DNA from: Anolis carolinensis
Lineage: Eukaryota
Direction: 5' to 3'
DNA length: 64,000 bases
Assembly (NCBI RefSeq): GCF_035594765.1
Contig: NC_085842.1
Location: 280,969,749-281,033,748, forward strand
A program made the position numbers and the translations under genes. Below are positions 14,543-26,472 of this stretch, piece by piece. Positions within the stretch are counted from its first letter, which is position 1. The number at the start of each line of letters is the position of its first letter. The notes under the pieces were generated by a model. The model searched no databases, was not told the DNA's origin, and was given only the letters and a program-made list of their open reading frames with translations.

Positions 14543-16177
14543 AGAGAAGTGCTATGCCCGACTTACCAGACGGAGATGTTGCAGCAGCAGGAATTATCCC
14601 ACCTGCCATTGCATCTGTGGAGGGCTTCTCTTTTCCAGCAGCCCCCTGCACGGCAGGAAGGTTTCACACTGTACAACCAGCAAGTCTGGACCCTAGCCAG
14701 GTTCTTATGCTCTTGAGGCCAAACCCCAGGCCTGCTGTTTGTTCACCATGATGGGAGTCCCCTCACCAGGTACCAGTTTATGGCCATCTTTGGCAGATCA
14801 CTGATAGTCCTGGGCCTCCCGTGTGCTGAATTCGGGGGACACTCCTTTAGGATTGGTGCAGCTACCACAGCAGCTGCAAGTGGAGTTCCAGTGGACATAA
14901 TCAAGACTTTGGGCACTGGAATTCTACCGTCTATGCCTCATACATCTGACCAGGCCTCCTCCTCGAAGGAACAGGGACTGCTGGGTGCTCTTTTTCTCAC
15001 TCCCACAGGGCTGCTGCTTCAGACAAGAAGGGAAGAGGTGCACAGGACATGGGACTGCCATAGGCATTGGTGACATGTTGCATGGGGCACTGGTTCATGC
15101 AGGTGCCATGCTGCTAGGACTGTTCAGACTGCTGGATGACATACTTTGGACTGACTGGATGGGTGGATGGCATATTTTGGACTGTTTGGACTGTTGGACT
15201 GGAGCACTTTGGGACACTTGGGACTGCTCACTGTAGGTACGGTTGTTGAATGTTGGGACTTTGGGGAATATTTGGGTTTTCATAGATTCTCTGGATTATT
15301 GGGATTTTGTTGGTTACCGAGGGGCAGGGTTGGCAGGGGGAGTTGGTAACAGCAGAATCCCCTGATGTGGTTAAGTGGTATTGTCATCAGCAGGCTGCCC
15401 GATCCCTGATCCAAGACTCATGCACGGAGGCCAACTCAGTTTCTCATTTGCTATCCCAACACTGTTTGTGTGTGTTGTCATTGGGTTTGCTGGTGGGAGA
15501 TAGTAGTCGCCCATGCCCAAGGAAATGCTCTGCCCGACTTACTGGGTGGAGATGTTGTGGTAGTGGGCATTTTCCTGACCGCCACTGCACCTGTGGGGGC
15601 TTCTTCTTCCCAGAAGCCCCCTGCATGGTGAGAAGGTTTTCCACCACACAGCTGGCAGGCCAATCAGCAGCAGGCCCCACCCTGCCTGCTGATTGGCTGG
15701 GGCCAGCTACTGCTCAATCCATCAGCAACCTATTTAAGGCTGCCCAAGGCTGCTCACAGGCAGTGCGCCTTTGGATGTCCCATCCCACTCACCCTTCATA
15801 TGTGTTTAACAGTCCAATGGTTTTGTTAGAGCTTTGTTCGTTTGTCACAACTTGCAGGTGTGTGGCATGGGCCCTGAATCTGACTTGCTTATTCCCCCCC
15901 CCCCCCCATTGGAGGAGAGGAGCATCCAGTGGTTTACTAGGGGTGCAATGGTAATGGTGTCCTAGTATTGTGCCAGTCAGTAACAGCAGCACCCCTGGCG
16001 TGATTAAATGATATCAGTCAGCAGCGGACTGTCCGATCCCTGATCTAGGACCCCTGCATGGCGGCCAACCCTGTTTCTCATTTGTAATCATTAAACAAGT
16101 TGTGGCCTTTTGTTATCCCAACACTGTGTGTGTGTTGTCACTGGGTTTGCTGGTGGGAGGTAGTAGTCACCCATGCC
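14543..16177 (+). mobile_element. Internally deleted Ngaro/DIRS-type tyrosine-recombinase retrotransposon with split direct repeats
   Basis: Repeat A lies at ~14543-14690 and ~15521-15660; repeat B lies at ~15340-15518 and ~15975-16177. A YR C-terminal remnant sits between A1 and B1. Confidence 0.85.
14729..14949 (+). pseudogene. Tyrosine recombinase C-terminal fragment (DIRS/Ngaro)
   Basis: Translation is LFVHHDGSPLTRYQF...GHSFRIGAATTAAASG....IKTLG, a frameshift, then WNSTVYASYI. The catalytic HxxR, W and Y are recognisable. Confidence 0.88.
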
Positions 16178-17890
16178 AGCACAATTAATTGAGACTCATG
16201 CTGCCATTGGTGCAGTTGATAGGTAAGCTGTAGATTGAGCTTTTTGTGGTCAGTCATATCAGTTCAGTGGATGCATGATGGTTCAATGCCTTTTATATTA
16301 GAAGACAATCTATCTGTGTTCTTGGTAACTCTGTTTTTCTTGGCTATTACTCTCCTATTGAGACAACAAGCAAATTGGCCAAAAAATCAAATGGGGAACT
16401 CTGTAGCATTCAGTAACCTCATTAACAAGTGCAGGACTGTTTCACAATAGTCCATGCTATCAGGAAACTGGTCCCCGACTTGTCAATAAATTACATGAAA
16501 TTACATGACAGCATGTTACACTTTCTTACCGTTTCAAATTACAGATATAGAATAGCAACACTTGAAAACAATATGATGCTACCTAACAAGTGCTGTGATG
16601 GAACACAGGAAGGGGAAAATGAATTTATATCTTTCCTTGAGATCTGCCACTTACCTATTTCTATTATTTTATTATTGTGGGCATTACACTTCTTTTCACT
16701 AGAAATGGGGTAATTTTCATCCCACCTCTTTAATCAATACTTTAGCCATGCTTTATTCTCTTCTCAGAATGGCTTCGCTTTAGTGTTGCAGCACAATATG
16801 GGGGAGAAGAATTTCAATGAGAGCAATGAAAAACATCCTTTCATCAATACTGAGAAAATGTTCATAACAGTCTGAATTTGCTGAGAAGGGGAAAGGGGAG
16901 GAGAACAGAAAAAGATATGGAAAGGAAGGGTTTCTTTTTCTTCTCCTTTGAAAACTTTTGTTTTGCTTTGTTAGAAGATTATAGAATTAACTTTCGAGTT
17001 TCTTAAGTGCACTTGGATAGATACCACCTGGGACCAGAAATGTCTCGCATTCTGCACATAGATAGATCACCTCTTTATAGACATGTATGCAATATATTCA
17101 GGCTCTGGAAAGGAACCTAATACACTTGATGTTTGGAGTAGAATTATATAGCACACATCCTTGCCTGCATGTTCTGACAACCAGGTACATTTATGTCAGA
17201 ATAAGGCTTATGTCAGTTAACTATTTTGTTTGCTTGATGTTCTGAGAACTGCACAACGGAGGAAACATGCAGGTGCCCCAGGACTTCCCAGTGGCATTTC
17301 TAATGACCTCATAAGGGCATAAATAATCTCTAGGTGGTGTAGAGGGCATTTCCACATGTTTGGAGCCCCTCATGAACTCCCCCAGGAAACAAAATGAAAT
17401 TTTATGAATTTGTTTTTTTAAATGTTCTCAAAATATTCTCTCTGGGCCCAGGAAGGCATGTCCTGAAATTCCATAGAAGGTGTATAGGGGAAGAAAATGG
17501 TTTTGGGGATGTAGGTTTTTTATTTCTCTCAGCTGGCTTGATGAAGGCCTCTTATTATCGCATCAGGTGGGGCTTTTTGGAGGCATACAGAGTTTCACCT
17601 ATAGTTTAGTCAAGGAGCCTACTCCCATCCCATGATGTAAAACTACTTCTAGTAAGCTCTGTGGCTAAACTACAGTGGAACCAGTGTTTGCCACCATAGC
17701 GGCAACACAGGAACCTTCCCATGTTGTATCAGCAACAATGGGGGGAAGCCAGGTGGCTGATGCTTCTCTCTGTAGGATGGGGTTATGGGTAAGTCAGTGT
17801 GCTGGGTATGGAGCAACAGGTTCCTCATGTCCCCCAATGGGCACCACCAGAATTGCCATGATCCATGGTGATTTCGGTGGCCAGTATGAT

Positions 17891-18196
17891 AGGTAAAGGT
17901 AAAGGTTTTCCCCTGACATTAAGTCTAGTCATGACCAACTCAGGGGATTGGTGCTCATCTCCATTTCTAAACCTCCAAGGTCATGTGGCCAGCATGACTG
18001 TATGGAGTGCTGTTACCTTCCTGCTGGAGTGGTACCTGTTGATCTACTCACATTTCCATGTTTTCAAACTGCTAAGTTGGCAGAAGCTGTGGCTAACAGT
18101 GGGAGCTCACCCCGCTCCCCGGATTCGAACCACCAACTTTTTGGTCAGCAAGTTCAACAGCTCAGCTGTTTAACCAGCTGCACCTGTGGAGACTCT
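17891..18196 (-). mobile_element. Sauria-type SINE (tRNA head, BovB-like tail)
   Basis: (ACCTTT)n tail (read as GGTAAAGGTAAAGG on +) and B-box GGTTCGAATCC on the - strand. Matches the 48572 copy. Confidence 0.85.
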
Positions 18197-18585
18197 GGTT
18201 CTTGTCAGAGCTTCTTTTTTTAAAAAAAAAACTTTCTTGAATGATGACTCCTTGATTCTTCAGACAGCATGGTCACTAACATGCTAGCTGTGGGATTACA
18301 GAAACTGTCATTCAAACCAGCATTGTTTTCCCCCTCAAACTCTGGTTACTACAAAACTGCAAGCCTTGTACAAAATGACAACTTTCTCAGACAGATTCCA
18401 GGTAGGTACAAAATCTCAGGAAGTATCAATACTTTTGGATTCTTTTCATTCTGGTTAAACCTGTCTATTCTAGTCTCTTTCTTCAAGTATCCTACGTTTC
18501 CTTCCCTTCCTCCTTTGTGTCTTTCCGCGGTCACATCCAGTCTCATGCAGTTTCACTAATTTCCACTTAGTCTTTATTATTATTG

Positions 18586-18935
18586 CAGGTTGAGCAGCCC
18601 TTATCTGGAATTCCAAAATCCAGAATAGTCCAAAATCTAAAATTGACCACATAGGTGACTTAGATGGTGATACTTTTGGTTTTTGATGTTTTAGTGTACA
18701 CAGACTTTGTTTCATGAACAAAAATTATTCAAAATATGATCCATAAAATTATCTTCAGGCTATGTGTGAAAGGTATATATATGAAGCATAAATGAATTTC
18801 ATGTTTAGATTTGGGTCCAATCTCCATGTCTCATAATGTTCATACATGCAAATTTAGGCAATCCAAAATTTTAAAAAATCTGAAATTCAAAACAATTCTG
18901 GTATCAAGCAGTTCATATATGGGATACTCAATATG
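18586..18935. mobile_element. Tigger-like MITE
   Basis: CAGGTTGAG..CCCTTATC start and GGGATACTCAA end. Same family as 33340-33681. Confidence 0.7.
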
Positions 18936-19813
18936 CATTATTATTCAGGAGTTTCAAGACCTCATCCCATGAGGTGAGGAAAGTGGGGGGATCATCTTCT
19001 TTACTGTAGCATTTCATTCCATTCTGTTTATAAGGAAAAAAATTATAATATATTCACACCCATCACACACTATGTACTTTTGACCAATTCTACAGTAATC
19101 CTCCATGTTTGGAACTAGTGCTAGCATTCCTGTTTCCCTTACTTGATCTCTGTTAAATCTGTGTCCTGAAAACAATTGTTATGTTTACTTGGTAGCAATC
19201 ATCTTTACTGCTTTTGATACAATAGAAACTGAGAAATAGAAATAGGCAAATGCAGATACATTTCATTTTAGATGTGTTAGGTTAACATAACCAACCTGGG
19301 GAGTTGAGAATGAAACATTCTTGTTAATGCCCCGTGCTCCCTAGAAATATCTTGGTATGAAGATATTTATCTCCAAAGTAAAATTGGTTTGTACAGGAAG
19401 AAAACCTAAGACTTCTAGAGATATTTTTCTCATCTCGGAGCATCCTGAATTACTAAGAAGCTAGGGGATGGCTGGGAAGCAAGAACCACCTGAGCCCTTC
19501 ATGGCATTATTGGCACATTGAAACTACTATCTGGAGAGGGAGCTTGTTCTTGAGAAAAATGTTCACTGACTCACACTACCTCTGTTGCAGTCTTTTGCCA
19601 TCTGAAGAGGTCACATTAGCCTCAATTTAGGTAATACCCTTCCATTGGCAGAGGGATTATGTGCCTTCAAAAGCAGATATTCAGGTGAAAGACATCAGTT
19701 TTGGTTGTTTTCAATGAAAAGAGGGATTGAGTAGCTCAGCTCTCCACCACTGACTTTCAAAATGAGGGTAGTATTTACAGATGAAGAGTAGAATAGATGT
19801 TCTAATTCTAATT

Positions 19814-19948
19814 CAGTGGTTCTCAACCTGAGGTCCCCAGATGTTTTTGGCCTTCAACTCCCAGAAATCCTATCAGGTGGTAAACTGGCTGGGATATCTG
19901 GGAGTTGCAGGCCAAAAACATCTGGGGACCCCAGATTAAGAACCACTA
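19814..19948. mobile_element. Palindromic hAT MITE
   Basis: CAGTGGTTCT..AGAACCACT termini, a near-complete hairpin, and 8-bp TSD TTCTAATT/TCCTAATT. Confidence 0.85.
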
Positions 19949-20565
19949 TCCTAATTTCATTTGTTTTTGTTCTGTGGATTAATTCCGGCGTGAATTCCAA
20001 TTTTTCTGAACTCTGGGATGCTTGCAGATGAAGCTGTAATTCATGGAATTTTAAGGGTGGTTCAATAATGTTGTCTTTTCTTTGTAATTAGGTTTATAAG
20101 ATAAACAAAAATACAGCACTCCTCTCCCTTCAATGACTGGGTAGATTTTTTTTCTTTTCTACCCAAATATCAGTTGTCATTCATTTCCTTTATAGTCCCT
20201 TATTGCACCTGGCAACCTAATTTCTAATCCTCTGCTGTCTTTAATTGTTGCCTCCATCTTTTTTCTTCTTTTTTAAAGAATTCATTCAGTAGGAAAAGCC
20301 ATAAGCACTGCTAGGTAGGAGGATCAATCTTCTGTATAGAAAGATAGTCATTAACCAAAATAATGACCAAAAGGTTTGACCAAAAGAAATGTATTTTAAA
20401 TACTGGGTCTATCAGGCTACTCATTCCTTTACAACTACATCTCCCTACAATTGTACACTGATAAAATACAGATACAATGAATTAACATTTATCTGCTCAT
20501 TTAAAATTGCATAAAATTTTGTGCAGAATTTTGGTGTTATTTCTTGTGCATAAAAAGAGGTTTTC

Positions 20566-21579
20566 CGGTGGGCACGTATGGCGGCAGGACGGACTTACTG
20601 AGAGCTCTCGGTAAGCCTCCGGTTTCCAGCGGTCGGGTAGAGTCTTAGGCTCCCCTCTTCCAGTGGATCGAAGCAGGAAGAGACGCTAGACCTAGCGCAC
20701 CCCGTAGATCCGATCCTCGACTGAAGGGCGAGGGGAACGGGTCCGGGCGGCGCGGGATCGCGGACCGCGGAATCGGCAGCGGGTGAGACATCCGCACTAA
20801 ACTGCCAGCCTTGCCCATGATTTTAAAGGAAAAAAAAGGAATATAGGATCGTGACCGAGGAAATTGTGAGTGGAACTTTTCTTTTGTGTTAGCACCGAAT
20901 AAATAACCATAAAATACAGCCAACTCTAGTGAAGACTCGAAAGTCAAGATCTTAAACAAATAATTTTTTTTTTACGAACTGGACGGTAGATTGAGGTGAA
21001 GGAACAAGAAGTAAACTTATGGCGGGAGGTGAAACAAAGAGAAGATAAACAACCTACTTTTTGACCTTGGGGGGCCATGTTGTTATGACTAAAGCCTCCT
21101 TCTTGTAAACAATCTCTGTCTGTACTTCTACGGAACGCCCGCAAGTTCTAAAAACCATCGAGCATTTCCGGTGGGGAAGTGAGTGAGTCGCCTGGTGGTA
21201 GCTCCAAAAAAAGAAAAAAAGGGGGGCCGGGGGAAGAGGAAGAGGAAGCGAAGCCATAGGCGGTGCCCCTCTCTAAGAGAACCGGCGGAAACACTGCTGT
21301 GGTGGAAGGGTCCTGCCGGAGCCGCTACTCACTCAGTGGTGCAGACAGAGGGGAAGACGAGACGCGGAGAAACAAGGGCAGATTTGGCAAGTAGACATTT
21401 ATTACTACAGAAGATTGACCAGATTAAGAAAATAACTTCCATAGAGGCAGAGCCACGGGCCCAGGAGACTTGTATATAAGCCTGATTATTGAGTGCAGTG
21501 AGTGGCTGGTGTTACCATAAGACAGAAGCCCCCTCATTACCAGTATATATATTGGGCATATTGGACAGGACAATTAACT
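20566..21579 (+). promoter_or_regulatory. L1 5'UTR, putative internal Pol II promoter (CpG-rich)
   Basis: High CpG density against a CpG-depleted background. There is an ETS-like TTCCGG at the 5' edge and a YY1-like ATGGCGGC at 20578-20585. Confidence 0.65.
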
Positions 21580-22725
21580 ATGGCAGTCCCCAAATTTAGA
21601 GCAGAAAAGTATATGAACAGTAGAAGCCAACTTAGAAGACCCTCACAGGCGGAGGATATAAATCTGAGGGATATTTTACAAGAGATTCAAAAACTGGCAG
21701 AGAGACAGGAAGAGCACCAAAGAGAAGCACAACTGAAGTTAGACAAACAAGCCTACCAACAAAAGGAGTTACATCAAGAAATGCTGGAGATGAAAAAAGA
21801 AATTAAGGAAGATATTGGAATTCTGAAAAGAGAATTGGAAAAATCACACAAAGACATTAATGACTTGAAAGTAGAGAACACCAAAATAATTAAAACACAG
21901 GGAAAATTACAGAAAAAACTGGATGGACTTGAATTCAAAAATGAAAAATTAGAAAAAATGCAGGAGAAAATAGAGTTAAATGAAAAAGAATTTCAATTGC
22001 GCTTCCGAAACATTCAAGAGGAAGCTAATGAAAATTTAAGAAAAATAATTGTGAAATTGATCTCAGATCTTCTTCGGCAGGACCTTGAGACAATAGATAA
22101 CGGAATAGACCAGGTATACAGAATTCAGACCAATTTCTCAAGAAGAAACAGAGCCCATAGAGATGTAATTATCCACTTTGTAAAGAAAAGGACCCGGGAT
22201 GAAATTTTAATGAATAACAACCGGAACCCAATGTACTTTAAGGAAAAAAAGATAATAGTATTAAAAGAATTCCCTCAAGCTATACTAAATAGAAGAAGAA
22301 AGTATTTCTTCCTGACGGATGAGCTCAAAAGACAAAGAATTCGCTTTAGATGGGAAAGAAGTGAAGGGATAATGGTTACTTGGAAGGGAGAAAAACATTG
22401 GTTGACTACAGAGGAAAAGGCAAAGGACTTTTTTCAAAAGTTGAAACAAGACAAGAAGGATACCATGCACATATCTCCAAGCCCTCCCTCGGTGAAAAGA
22501 AAGAAACCAAAAAGAGCTAGACATACATCACCTAAGAACTCCGAGCTAAAGATAAAATTAAACCCAACAACATCGGGCACATCCGACGTGGGGGATGATA
22601 ATGAAGAGGAATCAGAAGAAGGGGAGGACGAGGACATAGAATCAGAAGAAGAGGATAAAATGGAAGAGGAAAGCGTACCCCGGGCCACGAGTGGTGCAGA
22701 AGGAATCGACCATGGTGTTGAGTGA
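21580..22725 (+). CDS. L1 ORF1p (coiled coil + RRM + CTD, with basic and acidic C-terminal extension), 381 aa
   Basis: Uninterrupted ORF from the first ATG at 21580. It has a heptad-rich N-half, LRFRNIQE/IDQVYRI/RDVIIHF RRM-type motifs and a RRRKYFFL..LKRQRIRFRW CTD, then KRKKPKRAR and an E/D tract. Confidence 0.93.
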   Translation: MAVPKFRAEKYMNSRSQLRRPSQAEDINLRDILQEIQKLAERQEEHQREAQLKLDKQAYQQKELHQEMLEMKKEIKEDIGILKRELEKSHKDINDLKVENTKIIKTQGKLQKKLDGLEFKNEKLEKMQEKIELNEKEFQLRFRNIQEEANENLRKIIVKLISDLLRQDLETIDNGIDQVYRIQTNFSRRNRAHRDVIIHFVKKRTRDEILMNNNRNPMYFKEKKIIVLKEFPQAILNRRRKYFFLTDELKRQRIRFRWERSEGIMVTWKGEKHWLTTEEKAKDFFQKLKQDKKDTMHISPSPPSVKRKKPKRARHTSPKNSELKIKLNPTTSGTSDVGDDNEEESEEGEDEDIESEEEDKMEEESVPRATSGAEGIDHGVE

Positions 22726-25700
22726 CTTTAAGTGTAATTTAAAGTTTTATTCTAACAATATTAATGGGCTTAATTTGCCCAATAAGAGAAAAGAGGTTAT
22801 GAATAGTTTAAGGAAAGGGAGATTCGATGTTATAGCTTTACAAGAAACACATATCTCACAGAGATTTGGTGCCCATTTAATAAATAAAAACTTGGGGAAA
22901 GAATTTATCACATCAGATAAAAATAAGAAAAGAGGAGTAGTGCTATATGTAAATGAACAATTTCAAGTAAATCTTCAATTTAAGGATCAAGAAGGTAGAT
23001 TTGTAGCGGTTCTCTTGAATTATGATTTACATAAAATTTTAATTGTTAATATTTATGCCCCGAACGGCCCTCAAAGAAAATTTATCAGTGATTTAAAGAA
23101 AAATATTGCAGATTCAGTATTTGATCATTTAATAATTTTAGGTGATTTCAATGGGATAATGGATATTAAAGTAGATACAACTAAAGTATTTAAAAATAAA
23201 AAGAATGAGAAAGGAAGACTATTACCTCAAAACTTTCAGAAATTGAGAGAAGAATTTGACTTACAAGATGTCTGGAGACTTAAAAACCCGGGATCCCGCG
23301 ATTACACTTTCTACTCAGGTAGATGCAAATCCTGGGCTAGAATAGACATGATTTGGGTATCTAATTCGCTATGTACAAAAATAGATAAAATAGATATCTT
23401 ACCAAGGAACAAATCTGACCACTGCCCCATAATTATGTCAATAAATTACAAAAAAACAATGAAAAAATGGAGATTTGATGAAAATTTATTAAAAAAAAGA
23501 AATTGACATTATCAAAAACAAGAAATTGACGAAGGAATTTTTTGAAATTAATTGGCAATCAGAAACCAGTATCCAAGTGACGTGGGATGCGTACAAAGCG
23601 GTTATAAGGGGTTACCTAATACAACAGAAGATTGAGAAAAATAAAGTGAAATTCCAGAAGTTGAATGAAATTAATAAGGAAATAACTCAAATAGAGAACG
23701 ATCTAAAGAAATATCCACAGAAGTCACTTTTAGAGAAAAGGAGGAAAACACTCATAAATAATAAAAAGAACTTGGAATTAGAATATACAGCTAATCAACT
23801 AAAATTTATTAAACGCTATAATTTTGAAAATGCAAATAAACCGGGGGCCTGGCTTGCACGGAAGGTGAGAAAGAAAAGACAGAAGCAGTTAATAACAAAA
23901 ATAGTTGGTAATAATATAATATACCTTAGTGATGAGGAAATCCTAGGTAAATTCAGAGAATTTTATACTAAACTTTATAAAAAAGAAGAAATAAAACTGG
24001 AGGATATCTCAGAATACTTGAACACATTGAAACTTCAGAAAATAACTGATTCCCAAAGAGAGGACTTAAACAAAGATATAACAGAGAAAGAAATCAGAGA
24101 TGCTATAAAATCAATGAAGTCTAATAAAGCGCCAGGACCAGATGGCTTTACATTAAGTTTCTATAAAGTCTTAGAAGATGATCTAGTACCCTTTTTAATG
24201 AAAATTATGAATGCGGCCTTAAAAGATAGGATTATTCCAGAATCTTGGTCTAAAGCGGAGGTGATAGCAATCCCTAAAGAACTAGCAGATCCAACAGATG
24301 TGCACAACTACAGGCCTATCTCCCTTCTGAATACGGATTATAAATTATTTACGACAATTTTGGCAAATAGATTAAAAAATTTTTTTGGGAAATTGGATCG
24401 GGAGGGAACAAAACGGTTTTCTACCTGGAAGACAATTGCAAGACAATGTTAGATGTATCTTAGATGTTATAGAATTTTATGAATGTAACCATCAGAGAGA
24501 AGTGGCACTTTTAGCAGTAGACGCAGAAAAGGCATTCGATAACCTCAATTGGAATTTTTTTAAACTGCTGGGTAAAGAGCTAGATTTGGGATATAATTTT
24601 ATGAACGCCATAGAGGCGATTTACAATAAACAATCAGCCAGATTGATAATTAACGGACAATACTCAGAAGAATTTGATATAGAGAAGGGAACTAGACAGG
24701 GTTGTCCCCTGTCTCCTTTGATTTTTATTTTTGCGGTGGACATACTAATAAGAAATATTAGAAGGGACGAACAATTGAAAGGGTTAAAAATAAGAAAGGA
24801 GGAGGTCAAAATAAGAGCCTTCGCAGATGATATAATCTGCGTAATAGAAGAACCCAAAAATAATTTAAATATTTGGTTAAAGAAAATTGAGGAATTTGGA
24901 AGGGTAGCGGGGTTCTACATTAATAAAGAGAAGACCAAAATTTTGACAAAAAATGTTACAAAAAAGAATAAGGAGCTTATCCAAGACATGTCGGGGATTA
25001 AAGTAGTTTCGAAAATTAGGTATTTAGGAATATGGATCACCGCAAAAAATGCCCAACTATTACAAAACAATTACTTAAGTAAATGGCAAGAGATAAAAAA
25101 GGATCTGCAGCAATGGCAACATTTAAAAATTTCTTTAATGGGAAGGATTAGTTTAGTAAAAATGAATATTTTACCAAAATTATTATATCTTTTTCAAAAC
25201 TTACCGATAATAAGAAATCAAAAAATCTTTAAAGAATGGAAGAGGGATATCTCTAAATTTATTTGGAAAAATAAAAAACCCAGAATAAACTTTATCATTA
25301 TGAAAGATTCGCCTAAAAGAGGTGGCTTTGGCCTCCCTGACCTACAACTGTACTTTGAGGCTTGCGCTCTGCAGTGGATTAAGGAGTGGGTGACTCTGGA
25401 GAAAGAACATTTATTAAATTTGGAAGGTTTCGATCTATGTAGAGGCTGGCACGCTTACTTGGGTTATGACAAGAGGCTAATTGAAAAGAACTTTGGGAAC
25501 CACTTTATTAGATCTGCTTTAATAAAAATTTGGGAAAAATACAAAGTCCAACTCTACTATAATAAATTGCCGCTTTGGATCTCTTCTTTGGAGGCAAACC
25601 AGAGAAAAATACTAGGCTGGTCTTTGTGGCCTACATATAAGGATGTCTTAAACAGAAGTCAAGGAATATACGAGTTAAAATCCCAGGAAGAAATAAAACA

Positions 25701-26472
25701 GAAATTTCCTAATATGTCCTGGTTCCAGTATGCCCAAATAAAGGAACAATTCGCTAAAGATAAGATAATTGGATTTAGTAGTTTAAATAATGTATGGGAC
25801 AAAATAGTATCTTTAAAGAAAAAGACGATTTCAAAAATCTATACTATTTTATTAGAAGGGTCAACACAAATGGAGGGAATTAAAAATTGTATGGTAAAAT
25901 GGGCAAGGAATATCGGGCGCCCGATTAGATTAAATGAATGGGAAACAATATGGAATAAGAAATTAAAATATACTTACGCTTCAGATTTAAAAGAAAATTG
26001 GTATAAAATTTTTCATAGATGGTACATAACACCGAAGAAATTAGGAAAAATGTATAAGAATTATGACAATAAATGTTGGAAATGTAAAAACCAGGTAGGT
26101 TCCTTTTATCACACGTGGTGGACGTGTGACAAAACGAAAAAAATTTGGAAAATGATCCATGCAGAGATCCAAAGCATACTAGGTAAACAGTTCCCGCTTA
26201 AACCTGAATATTATTTATTAGGAATAACGGACACAAATTTGGATTTGGATTTAAATGATGATATTTTATTCACATACTGTATTACAGCTGCAAGAATGAC
26301 TTTCGCGAAACATTGGAAAAATGAGGAGACGCCGAAGAAAGTTAGTTGGTTGAACAAAGTAAATGAAATTCGAGACATGGACAAACTTACCTTTTTACTG
26401 AGAACGACAAGAGGAAAAAGCATTAGAGAAACCAACTGGGGAAAAGTAGAAGAATATCTTAATAAACATTAA
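22712..26472 (+). pseudogene. L1 ORF2p (APE endonuclease, reverse transcriptase, CCHC) with two +1 frameshifts
   Basis: EN motifs: NINGLN, QETH, NIYAPN, GDFN, RID, SDH. RT motifs: KAPGPDGF, YRPISLLN, DAEKAFD, GTRQGCPLSP, FADD, RYLG. C-terminal CWKC..H...C. Frames step +1 at A8 (23491-23498) and T7 (24380-24386); removing one base from each gives a ~1252-aa ORF. Confidence 0.95.

Noticed and set aside
15307-15954. 215-aa ORF
   Set aside because: It runs through the non-coding B1/A2 repeats of the Ngaro element, has no domain and has a non-ATG start.
20645-20959. Antisense ORF in the L1 5'UTR (ORF0-like)
   Set aside because: Non-ATG start, with only a short ATG-initiated part in GC-rich sequence. 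No conservation evidence available.
23491-24386. Programmed ribosomal frameshifting in L1 ORF2
   Set aside because: L1 ORF2 is normally a single ORF. Two +1 homopolymer expansions are better explained by error or slippage.
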